Source of the DNA: Trichoplax adhaerens
Lineage: Eukaryota; Animalia; Placozoa
Length of the DNA stretch: 64,000 nt
NCBI RefSeq assembly: GCF_000150275.1
Contig: NW_002060950.1
Coordinates: forward strand, 420,046-484,045
Direction of reading: 5' to 3'
Part shown: piece after piece, positions 1-19,400 of the stretch
Layout of the letters: the number at the start of each line of letters is the position of its first letter
How positions within the stretch are numbered: position 1 is the stretch's first letter
The notes under the pieces: model-generated
Database searches by the model: none
What the model was told of the DNA's origin: nothing
What the model saw: the letters and a program-made list of their open reading frames with translations, nothing else
Program-made: the position numbers and the translations under genes

Positions 1-1075
1 CGACGCTCGAACTTTATCATTTTTCTGTTATGAATCTATCTGTGAGTGTGCGATACTTGCGTATTAAAATTTTGCAGTATGATCGCATGTTATCATGAGA
101 CACTGAAAAGCTTTAAAATTTGATTGTTGGTTTATGAACCACAGCATGATTTCTACGATAGCAAGTTTTTCCTTGGTTGGTTGTAATAAGTTTACCACTA
201 CTAATATCGCTCCTACATCTACTCTAAGAAAACGACAGAATGTAATTATAATATATAATTAATACGAAATTGATGAAATACCAGCATGTTAATATGAAAA
301 CGTTCACGAAATTGCAGTTAGTCATTTATTCAGTAATTTAAAAATTATTTCATACTCGTATTTTTGGCAATGCTAATGTAATGAAATATTCAATTGTGGA
401 ATTCATTCCACCGATCGTAACTTTTATCAGGAATATTTGATAGAACCGTGCATTGCAAGGCATTATAACTAAATTTAATCCGAATGACGCTTTACATGTA
501 ACATTAGTACATGATATGCGATCATAAAACAGCTGTTGTTCATTGGTAGTTAACATTTACTGCACGAAACCAAAATGCGTACTGTACTGTACTTCATAAA
601 ATGTGGTGGAAACCATTGACAAAATATACAGGTATCGAATGGCTAGTAACTAATATATAAACAAATTTATTATATTCTTTTTAATAAATAACGTATCTAA
701 AAGTTTACATAGATGCACTGTTCTTTTGAAGACTTCCTTCATTATCGATAAGTACAGTGTCCAGCTGTGAACAGAACCTATTTTTTATCCTAATATACAT
801 GAACAATAAACTTCAAAGATTCCATTACAAAGAAAGAAAAGGAACAACAATACGGCAGATAGAGTCAGATGATTCGAACTACCATTACAAATACGAAATA
901 TTACAAAAGTGTGTAGTATATATACACATAATAAAACAGGAAAGTACATTCAATCATTTTCGGTACAGTGTATTAAAGTATCACTTTTTTTTTAACGTAA
1001 CTTCAGCTATCAAATATTGTATCATAGTGAGTTGCTGGCTGTATCATTTCGTAAATAAAATGATATCAAATGATC

Positions 1076-7226
<6,151 letters not shown>

Positions 7227-7329
7227 TTTGCTGTGCTTCAAAATGAATCCGCCGTTGTCGGCTTGAGAGATTTCAAGACTGAAGGACGCCTGGCGCTCTA
7301 CCGCACTATAAGTGCTGTTACCGTAGTAG

Positions 7330-7610
7330 CGGTACAATACTGTACAGTATTAGAAATGCTGCTCTACTTTAGTGTATACAGTACTAGTCCTGTCCAGTAC
7401 TGTACTGAAAGTCAGCAGAACCAGAGCACAACTTCTGTCCGTCTGTATTTCGATGGTCAAATTACTATAGATTGCACGTGTAAGCCATAGTGTACAGTAA
7501 CCTAGTAAGGTAATACAGGACAAGACAGTACAATACTGGCCAGGTAAAATACAGTATGTAGTACTGTACATTGTACAGTACAGCGTACTGTATAGTCGTG
7601 GACTACTGTA
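7330..7610. repeat. TACAG/TACTG pentamer array upstream of RPB2
   Basis: Dense tactgtacagta-type units 100-380 bp upstream of the RPB2 ATG. Confidence 0.8.
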
Positions 7611-8542
7611 CTTCCGGACCGGTGCACTGAACTCAGACGGTCGGACACTTCGGTTTCATCCTGTTCTAAACACTTCGTTTCGCTAAAATGTTTTGAAGCG
7701 GATGCTCGCGATGCTGTCATTCGCTTATTTTTTTTCTACTAAATTAAGTAATATAACATTGAAATCTATTCTATTTTACCAAGTTCTGCTCAAAAGCAGT
7801 TGTAGAACGTCAAAGATGTATCTAGTAGTTTATGGTAGAATGCTATCAGAAGTTATACCATGAGCTTTTTTTAGTAGTCCATAAGGCAGAGTGCTGTAAA
7901 ATGGAATAGTGGCTATATAAAACCGGTCAATTCAGTCTAGTTGATTTTGTTTTTTTTAATTTCTTGTCTCTTCCGTCATAGTCTTGTCCCATAAATTAGA
8001 CGTAATTGATTCTAGAATTGTCCTTGATATTCAAATATGCATTACGACACTATTCTACCTGGATTTTATACTGTACTGTAGTAGTTGCTGTCAATCCCTT
8101 TCTTGTGCTTCATTAGAATGGCAATCTCTCCTCAATTAGGCTAATCGAGCGTTTAGTAAAGGAGCCACTACTCCTATAACGCTGATAATACATTGGATAT
8201 AACACAATATCACAAATCATGTCGACTTTCTAATGTTTTATCCAATATCCAATGATAACAGGAATTTTAATGATTGTTTTCTAGTTAGCATGGACTGTTA
8301 TGCGGGTAGAGAATACTGTACTGTATAGCTCCAGATGTCAATTTCGGTTTACCGCGCTAAGAAAGAATTACTTTTAACGTGAATGGATATTAATAAACGG
8401 CTCATTACCCTTATTGCCTTCATGCAATGCATTTACTGTTCAAATCATCATTTTTAACGTGAATGAATGTTGATAAAATTTGATAAAATCAAATTCCTGA
8501 ATAGTAACTGTAATATATTTTGTAACGTTAACGTATATAGAA

Positions 8543-8712
8543 CATAATCCGTCAGCATAGTGATGCAAAATCGAGTCACCTTTGAAGTATTATTGTAAAA
8601 TAATATTCTAGAAGTATAATATTATAAGAGCATAATCCGTCAGCAAAGCGACGGGAGTTTGTAATATTATAACAGCATAATCCGTCAGCATAGTGACGGG
8701 AGTTTATACTAG
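8543..8712 (+). mobile_element. Tandem Helitron-like 3' termini (three hairpin copies)
   Basis: cataatCCGTCAgcatagTGA(C/T)G at ~8543, ~8631 and ~8677. The last reads CCGTCAgcatagTGACGGgagtttataCTAG|T ending at 8712. No 5' end located. Confidence 0.6.
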
Positions 8713-10413
8713 TTCTATCCAAATTAGCCTTCATTTGTCTTGGTTGTATACTTCCAAACTACTGTATTACTTCAGCAATAACTTATACTGGCACTCTGCA
8801 TCAAGGCTTTATAGAGCTTATCCCATTTTGCTGCACTTCACGACGCAACAACCCTAATCAGATGATAGCCCTGGCTATTTCTCTTTCGAAAAATTTACAA
8901 ATACTTATTATACAATGAAACTGAAAACTATATCTACTGCATGCAAAGTTGATGCGAAACAATATCGTAAATAGTTTTACTAATCTGAACGGCTAACCTT
9001 ACTACTGTACTGTATATATATATATACATAACACAAGGAAATCAGCTTGCCTGCTACTCGCGAATCGTCAGTTTTGCTGGGCTTTATACTATTCAAATTT
9101 TAAAATTTTAAAAATTGAATTTGCAGTAAATATTTCCTTATCAGCAATAAGACTTCAAACCTGTCAGTAGAGTAAAATCATATTCTCATCATAACGGATG
9201 ATTTGTAGCTTAGGATAGCACACCAGTAAATAGAATATGGAGCTATTTACACATCTCGCTACATTCAAGGTACTATCTTAAAGTTTTTGTCAAATTTCCG
9301 TCAGAATAGGTTACTTCAAGGAAATAGTGATCGCAATTATGAGATATACAAGTATTCAAACGGCTCATGTTGCAATAGTGATCCAAGCTCAGAACTTCTG
9401 CGAATCATCAATTTCTTATTATGGATCAGTAATGACATGCTGTTAGCTCAATCATTTCCCACTTACTTTGGTTTTTCTGTACTTACATTTATTTCTAACT
9501 ACATGTCATCTTATGAGAAGAAATACAGTATTAAAAGCCAATAGCACCGTAGAACATGACAGTACCCATTAGGTGTATTACTGGTAAGCGCAATAAATAA
9601 CTTTACGTTAATCTGTACACTTAACAAGTTTTTATTCCTTGCTCCAGCATATTGCAACTACTTGTGGATCAATACAATGCTAAGTAACGTTTTAGATTTA
9701 TGCTGTCCCACCTCTAGCTGAAGAATAACATTAGTAATACTATCGCTACTTTACACTAAGGCATTTTCGAAGACCAAGTAATGAATACTGTACATTTGCG
9801 ATCTACGTGTTATATTCACTGTCAGTACTACATAGAAAACTGCAGCGCAGTAACACATATGTCAATAAGCCACTAGTACATTCAGATAACTGGATCTAGA
9901 TAGAATTGAAAATTGCTTTCATAATGACATGCATATAAATAATAAGAATGAGAATGAAAATATAGCGAACTTTCAAGATAATAAAACAGCTAACTCAATT
10001 ACATTAAATTTACAAATTTAAGTACAGCTAGCCCAAAGACAAAGAATGGTCATCACGGACTATCATCGAAAAACTGTAAAAAAATCGCGTTTACGAACTC
10101 AAAAAATTTCTTCTATAAAATATTAATTAATCAAATATCAGCTAATTTGATAAGATCTTAATATTGGAAATACAATACATCATTATAGAGCTACAATTGT
10201 ATACTGGATATAATATAAGATTTAAAGGAGTTTAAGGACAACGCGTAATTCAATACGGATTCGATAGCTGATAATAATATATTAGTCTAAATTTTACACT
10301 AATTTGAAATAGACTAGAAAAAATATATCGTATACCTCCATTAATTAAGCAGATGAATATCGGTACGAGACTACTTCTTGAATGGGGATGAAAATTCGTA
10401 ATCGGATAACTGA

Positions 10414-13400
10414 TTATCTTACTAAATCGGTCAAAGTAGGATCTGGTGATACCGATCTACTAACTCTTCGCAAGCCGAATGCTCCAGTTTGAGCCGACAT
10501 AGCCTCCTCGTTTCTTTGTGAACAAAGCTTCTTTCGCCAATCCATAGCTAATCTAATTACGGGGTCATCAGGACTGGCATTCGCATCTAAATCAATCTAA
10601 GCATCCGTACATAGTAAAGGCCAAATAAATATCAATTTTGAAGAGAACACGAGTATACCTCGCGCGAATTGTAAAACGGTTTTAATAACTCTTCCACTCC
10701 ACTATATCTTAAAGTATGCGTGAACCTTACTAGGAAACTTCTATCGACCGTTGATCGATCAGAGAACTTTGCAGATTATGACTTTAAGAAACATACAGTA
10801 TTTAGTCTATATATTCCCTTACAGTAACTTTAAAAATTCACAAATTAAGCATGTACTTATGCGTAATGCCTTCATTACAGATATACCTTAAGGCACGCAG
10901 CTTCTGTGACTTTTAATCCTTTCATAACAACATAATTTAAATTTTTGGAATTTTCAATTAAAGGGTGATCATTCTGAAAGTAAATTAAAACGGATTAATT
11001 TATTTGGTATAGTATCGAGTCCTCACGTAGTTACCAACAGCAGCAAGTTATTATTCACCCATATTGATTAAGTAGCATACCGATAATGAGTGACTTAAGT
11101 TTTCATTAACAGTGCACAGCATCTTTAATTGCATACTAATCGTCTGAATTTGATCCGCACATAAACGTAACTCCTCTTGGTTGCTAAAGTTATGAGAAGA
11201 TTTATTAATATAGGTAAACCGCAATGTCAGGAAATCTACAGCATTCTATATAAAAGCATAAGCCAGTTATCGCTGCAATGAGCAAATTATGAGGGCTACA
11301 TGACAAATACTGTTACATACCCCTTGTCAGTGCAAATATTTGACATATGTTGCATAAATTTGCCAATGAGTACAGCATTTTCAGCAATATTTTTAGCTGA
11401 AACAGCCATGGTATGTGCTGATACTGTACTAGATGGCCTTTCTGCAATACTTGTCAGCTGATCTACTCGATTAGCCATTTCTTTTGCGGCTCTGATAACA
11501 AAATTTCCGTCTTCTTCCCAAACATTGATATCCTCCTGCATTTCAAATGTTAACTTTATTCGATTGTTCTAAGAAAAGTTGACATATTACAGCAAAGATA
11601 AATCCCTACCATCTAGAACTATATTACACGTAATACATATACAGTATCCTTTTATTTCAAAGGTAATGGCAAAAGAAATATTGTTTGAATATAAATAACA
11701 TAATAACATGAAAATAGTGTACAAGAGAGCAAAATGGTTACACATCGATATAAACTTATAGAATTCTTTTTTAGCCAACATACTGCAAGTAGTTTATGAA
11801 GGAAGTGTTTTGTAAAACTCAGCAAAACGCATGTTTTGCTGCGCATTTCTGGTTGTAGCTTGGTTTTTTAGCGATAACAATGCATTAAAACTACGTGAAG
11901 CTCAAGTACATTCTGTAATAATATTTATTTACTTATTTTAATTTATCGATTAAAAATAGCAAATTATACGGTATTGCGCCTATAGACTGTCATCACTTAC
12001 AACAACTGATCTGGCAGGGAAATTTTTAACTTTACCATCGCTGACGTGATCAGAGCTATTAAGGTTAACAGATTTCTTGACGCCCTTATTATTTAAAAAG
12101 CTTTCTGGAGGCTCCTGTCTTACGTTTGATGATAACCTGGTATTATCTGTCGCCTTTGTAGACGTATCATTAATCGCATGCATGTATCCCTTAACCTTCA
12201 ATTCAGAGAATCTTTTTGAATCACTAGCCTTGCCAAAATTATTACGCTCGGTATCTATTTTTGACGACCCCATTGGTTCCAATTGAGTACTTGCTTGCAA
12301 TTTCGTCGTTAGCACATTTTTATCGTCTTCACCAAGCGTATCAGAGGGTAACTGCGAAATTTTACTAGTGAAATAGTCGTTGGAACTATCTGACGTTCCT
12401 TTAGAAAGATTCCTTAATGACGACAAGTATCCGCCGATATTTTCAGGCTGACGGAATTGGGTGGAAGGGATGGTCGGCTTGGTATTGTTGGAAGAACCTA
12501 CACTGGCTGTATCCAAACGTTGAGCTTCAGCATTGGCATTGCTTGAATCGGTCATAGAATTAACATTAGATGACGGATAGATAGATGTTGACGTAATACC
12601 AATATGGACAGAATCTGTAGCTTGTGACTCTAATCTCTGTTTAGGATTGACAGATGAAAAGGTAGCTGTTGCTGTGTTCATTCCATTGTTTAGAAGAGAG
12701 TTATCGTAATTGCTATTTACTGACTGATGTTCTGAACGATTAAACACTGATTGCAAAGGAGGTTGATCACTCATTAAATTTCTTGCAGAATTTAGTACAC
12801 TAACACCTGCAGCCTGCTGATGGGGATTAAAGACCACGTTACTAGTATATGTATTAAAGATCGTATTAGGATTTGGTGAGAAGGCTGACTGGGGCTTATT
12901 GTACGGTTGATCATAGCTATAATGAAACACAGAATTCTTTTTAATTATGATAAAACTTACGGTATTAAGAAAACCTTACGCAGTATGTAATCTTTATTTA
13001 CAGAAATTCATAAAACTTTATACTAAAGGGTACAATAGTTCATATTCGATAATTACTTTTGTGACATTGCTGAGTATGGTCTTTCTGGTCGGTTGGTCGT
13101 ATAGGATGTGGTAGCCAAATTCGGTTGCGATAACGCTACTGAAGATGGCTTTAAATCACTTAATCGACTGTATGGCTCGTTCGTTTCTGTAACGATATTA
13201 GAACTTCTAGCCATAGGAAGAGTTTGTTGTGGATACGTTGGTAGAGGAGCTTGGATAGTATTCGCACTTGCTCTTGGTGGTCCTTGTTGCGCATTCATAT
13301 CATATTTTAGACCGAAGAGCTCTTGAACTGTGGCTGTACAGTTTACAAAAGATCGTAAGAAACGGCGTTATATTAGTCAAAGTTGCTTTCATATCGAATT

Positions 13401-16400
13401 TGCACACGGCAAAAATAGTTTTTACTTTCACGTACATGATACAGCAGCAAAATTTACATCTTCAATTCGATCAAGCTTATGTATTAACAAGCAAGCTTTT
13501 GATGCCCATTGACGCCTAACAAGTTGGAACCACTCTACACTCAGCTGATCAGGATTTTCTATGAAGATAAATTTTAATTAATAGGAATTTTTTTATAGTT
13601 AGCGTAACCCACCTTAATGTGTAAAGCTTTTTGCATAATATGTTTACCTGCCAATCCTCTAGCAGCACTTATCACCTTTGGTGTAAGTTTTTCAACTGAA
13701 TTGCTGGTAACATGAATTAACTTTACTTGCTCTTCCTTCTTCGAATTAGCAACAGCCGCATTGGCATACTTTTTTACTCTAGCTACACGAGCAGTTAATG
13801 TGTCAGCCTGAACCTGAAATGACTGCAAAAGCTGCATACCATGATTGCCACCATAAGATTTACTTATTGCAAGTGCAGCTCCAGCTAAATTGTCGACAGG
13901 TGAAGAAACATCTGCAGTGAGATCATCAACAACAGCTGAAAGTAGATGAACCTGCATTTTTTGCAGAAATCAGATCAGACATTAGTTGATATTAGTAATA
14001 AAACATAAAAATATAGAATCAATGGATAAAAATATGTAATCTGCTGTTAAAGCTTAGAATATAGATACTGTAAATAAAGTCGAAATTTAAATATAACATA
14101 CTTTTGATGCCCACTCTCGTTGTAATAAGGTCAATCTTTCTGACGAAGCTTGATGCGCTGAGCCTTCTCGACTAGTCTTTTGAGATCCAGAAGTTTCAAC
14201 CGCAATCCAGGCTAGATCCATTATTTCATGGGTTAAACGTTCAATTGCTTGCATGTTTGAACGAAAACTTTCAATTTTCTTAACTTCATCACAACTACAG
14301 AATTACGCATTATTTAAAAAAAGCTAAGCACTCTACCGTAAAGAAAATCAAAAGGATCGATAATAATAATACTTTTTCTACAGTAGTACCTAGAAATTGA
14401 CGTTGTGCTTATTTCTTTTAATACATTACGGTAAGTATTGAGGGTTTTCGCTCTTTCGTGCACAGCTCGTCTATCGCCGAGTTGAGCTGCAGAAATCAAT
14501 GCCTCTACTGGTGCTACGGTTCCTTTTATGATACCATCAAATGCTTCCATCAACGATTTAACTTCTACCCCCCACTCACGACGTAATATCTCCAATTGAA
14601 TTAGGAAACTTTCTGGCATCGAATTTTCTGAAGAAAGAAAAAATTTATTTCGTAGGACCAACATAAACTGGACACCGCTGCAATAAATTTCATAATTATA
14701 CCTGATAAGTGTAAATGCAATGTTTTAGCGGTTGAGATCAGCAATTTCATTGTGGAGTTAACGCTGTCGATATGTTGTCTTATTAATATAATATGCTTTT
14801 TTAACAATTGTGAATGATGGTCTACTTCGAGATCAAACGAGCTACCAAATGTTAAACTAAGTTCCTCCTCAGCAGCAGTGATAGTTGAAACAGCAATTTG
14901 CTGCAATTTCATGACGTATGTATGGAAGGCATCAATCTAGAAAAGGTTCATAATAGGTTATTTATGGCAACTATTACAAAATTAAGTTAAGATTACAATC
15001 TGTTAAGCGTTAATATAAATCTGAAACTAACATGATTGTTAAGAACTTCAGCATTTCCTAGATGAGCAGTAGCAGCAACACGAGTTGCTGGTGTAGACCA
15101 TCCGTCAATGAATTTATCAACATCCGCAGCTAATACTTGCATTTTGAAGGACCAATCCTGGCCCCGGACACGAAGTTGATCAGTAATTTCTCTTCTGTTT
15201 CTATTAACAACTGCTAACTGCGCTGCACTAATAACCTGAGGAGCTAGCTTCCGCAATTCCATAATCGTCTGAATAACCAGACTATATTAATTGAAACGCA
15301 TTTAAAGGATTTAAATTAAAATATATTGGGGAAAACAGACGGTTTGCAAGATAACTACGTAGTTTATGGAGGTAGCAATTACTAAATTCTAAGAAATAAT
15401 CATGCCTTTTATCTTTGCTAGTTGAGCGATCGGAAGTTATTTGAGCTAGATCTGACAATTTCTTGCTAGCATCAGAAATTAGCGAACAAATTCCAGAAAT
15501 ATCTTCACCATTGACCGATGCATCCACTAAACGTGATATTGGAGAAGCAAATACTTTTGGTGCTGCTGAAGCCATAACTTCATCCGCATCGCCTATAGCA
15601 AAATCAAACGTTATCATGGAACAGATTTATATTACTATTCAGATTACACTGTAGAAGTAACCATTACAATTATTAACTGTTTTGCGTACCTATCTCGGAG
15701 ATGATATTTTTATAAAGATAATCGTATTCAATAGTTTCATTCTGTGAAGAAATACTTTTGGAATCATCCTTGCTTCTGTCATCATAAAGATCTTGGTCGT
15801 TGGTACTTCTGGGCTTCGCCATGTTCGAATGTCCAAACGATGGACTCAAGCGTGAGGTAGGCTGATTTGAGATATTTCTGGTATGGTATCGGCTTGGAGG
15901 ACCGCGAGCGTTTACTTCGCTATCTAATGTTATAATAGTTATATATAGTACCATAAACAACTCTAAGAAGCGTATTGAATATAGTGACTCTATAATTCCT
16001 TAATGTCTTCTTATAATACTACATCAACTGACTTGGTAGTTGTGATGAAACCAAATTTCGATCAGGTAACCGCCTTGGGGAGTCATCAGTGTAATTGGAA
16101 GGAGCTCTGTCTCTTCGTGAACTGTCTTCTTGATTGCTGCCTATAAGGGAAGCATAAGCCATTGGAATACTATTGAGTACGCACGCTAAAAGTGCCAAGA
16201 GCAAGTTCTAATTAATGCAATTGTACATATATAAATACATGTATTATGTACCCGCAAATTGAGGTATAAAAATTGCACATAGTTCTCTCATAGTTTCTAA
16301 TATTCTATTGGTTATATCCAGAAATTGTTGTTGCCGGTCATAATCTTTGATATCACTTATGACTGCAGTTAAGGTGATCTTAAGTTGCGGTATAACTGAA

Positions 16401-19400
16401 AAGTTCAATATTAAAGGAGATTGATTTTGTAAAATTTAGAATGATAAAAATAAAATGATAAAAGATCGGAAACGCAGGATGCAGTAATTAGCTATATAGA
16501 AAGCAATAATTACTCACTCGATTCAATTTCTGCTCCAATATTTTCTACTTTTTGATAGTAGCGGTTATCCAAATCAGGTAGCTCTACGCTACGAACTAAG
16601 TCCATAGCTCTTTCTAAACACTTTCCGGCATGGTTAGCATACTTCGCTACAATATCCTTTTCTTGACTTCGTAAACCATCTTGACATTGTCTAATGTTAC
16701 TATAAATCTCTACTTCTGCAATGTTGATACAATCACTGGTAACATTAGAAATTATTATTTCACAAAAATTACTTGTTTAGCATACATAATAGTAACAGTA
16801 ATGATTTACCTGAAATTTTTAGAAATTTTATAACATCGACTATTTTATCTACAGCGGTGACCATCTGTGTTAACCTTTCCATCCAATTGTTACAGACATT
16901 TTCTAGTTGAGTATAAAGCCTTTTATCACTAGGATTCACACGCAGCATCCGAGAAGTTGTTAATACATCTCTAGTTAACTTTTCTAAAGCTTTAGCTGCT
17001 ACGCGAATTCGCTGCACGCCTATTGTTACAATGCATCATATGCAGTAAAATAAATGGATTAGATACCTTTACAGGGCGCCACATTTATTCATGATGATGA
17101 TTTGTGCGCAAATGTAATCTTGACAATTCAAAACTTACAAATAGAATCGCCAAAAAATGAAGCACAGTTAGCTACTTCAAGTATTCTTTCAGCAATGTTT
17201 TGAAAGTTATTCTCGTTCTTTGTTACAGTGTAGTTGCTCTAATTTTAAAAGATATCTATATATGATTGCACATTTCTTACAGCACATCCACTATTAAATT
17301 TTTATTACAATCAATGATAATCGATTATCACTAGATAATAAAATTAAATGCAATATTCAAGAAACATACGATTCTTACCGGTATACCAGATCTTCTATCG
17401 TACAGTAGCAACTCAATTGATGAATTTGTATCGGCTAAGGTGTCAACAATATGATAAGTTGTAACTTCTTTTACTGTTATCATGAGGTCATGCAGTTCCA
17501 TCAACAGTCTTTCACTACGCATATCGAATAACCCTCTTTACAAGATATTTATAGAGCAATTAATATATTTCCCAAGTACAATTATGAAGAAACATTTACT
17601 GAATCATTACTAGAATAACTACCTATCAGCAGCAGTACCATTATCGTTTAGCTCATTGCGAACGTGGAGAACCTAACATCATACGAAAATCATGCTAAAA
17701 TTAGAATATGTATAATACAAAAAGCTAATGTACGCAAATTAATATCAACATACTTTTTCAGCTTGTTCTACAATATCATCCCTTCTCTTTTCACGACTCA
17801 AACGAGCGACTTTCATGCTTGCACGAATAATGCACGATACATATAGATCAAGCTCACCATTAATACTTCTTGTTGATGGACTGAAGGCATCAGTCAGTAA
17901 CTGCCGAATCTATCATGGTATTTCGAATTCGTTTATCATTATGTTGCTATTTAATCATAATTTAGTTATAGGATTATTTGTTACCTTATCTAGGCAAAAT
18001 ATAAATTCTCCCGACTCATCGTCATCAGGTGATGGTCCATCTTGGCGGCGTTGTACAGTTCGTATTATATCTGCAGATGCAACACGAATTTGACCAGCAG
18101 CATATTCTTTATTCGTCTAAAAGATGAGGAGTGTAGCATAGAATTAATATTAAATTTCATGTCTTTTAAATATTTATATTTCGCTATTCAACAACGATCG
18201 ATACATTTTATACTAAGTTTATCATTCCTATCACAATCAAAGCTATGAAACATATACTATTCTTGCGTACAGCAACTTCTAGTATGGTATTAATCAATTA
18301 AAGCTATGAATCGACCTTTCCTTCTTCATTCAATCCAGAAGCAATTTGCGACTGCATTAAGCGCGATAAGATTACTGCATTTTCTTGCATTGTTTTTAGC
18401 GATCTGACTAGCGTTTCACGACAAGTTTTATTAATCAATTCCTATATCAAAAAAGCCAATAAAAACCTTACATCCTTCATATGCTACTGTACTATCATTA
18501 ATATGCAGTATTTTATATAAATTAATCGATCGCTCCACTTCTATATAATAAGTGTAAACAATTTAACAGCTAATTTTCTACGCTTTAAATTTATGGTTAC
18601 ACAATATACAAAGAAAGGGCTTCCAAAATAATTAATTTAATTTAATTCTTAATACATATGGAACATACTTTTTGCCGCTTGTTGACAAGATCCAGCAGCA
18701 ATCTCACTATAGTAGTGAAATCCTAATTAGAAAGCAATACAATCATGTTAGTTGAAGTATTACACTTTCATAGTCTCTTTGATAGAGATTATAATCATTT
18801 TTATCCGTAATAATCATTAAATTAAACTTACAACCAAAGCTTTGGTTAACTTTTGCATTGTATCGCACTCTTCAACTAACGTTACGTAGTTCATTAACTG
18901 ATTGGCAGCAAATACAATTTGACGTATTTTGCTAGCATCTGTTGTAACTAACACCTTGAGAAAGGGATAGAAATAAACCATAAGGGCATTGGATAATATA
19001 ATTAATTGGAAACGCACGTTATGTACAAAATAATAAGCTATAACAACAAATGAAATATTGACAAAAAACACATACACATACACTGACATTTATACAGTAG
19101 AAAGTTACGATAAGATCATTTATTAATATCAGTCTAAAATTTAGTTGGTAGCCTTACTTTGATAACACTTTCCAAGAGTTCACGAAAGTTAGTGACTAAG
19201 TTGGCTAAACCGGATTGAGAATGAGGATCACGTACAAGTGTATGAGCAGCATTAAGTAAATTCTGCTCAATTGTTTTCAATTTTTCACATGCATTTCTCA
19301 TATCAGCTTTAAGTTCCTATATGTTTTTATAGTAAGTAAATAATGATAATAATAATTATTAATATAGTAGTATTAAAATAGGTCGGAGTTAAAGTGTCAG

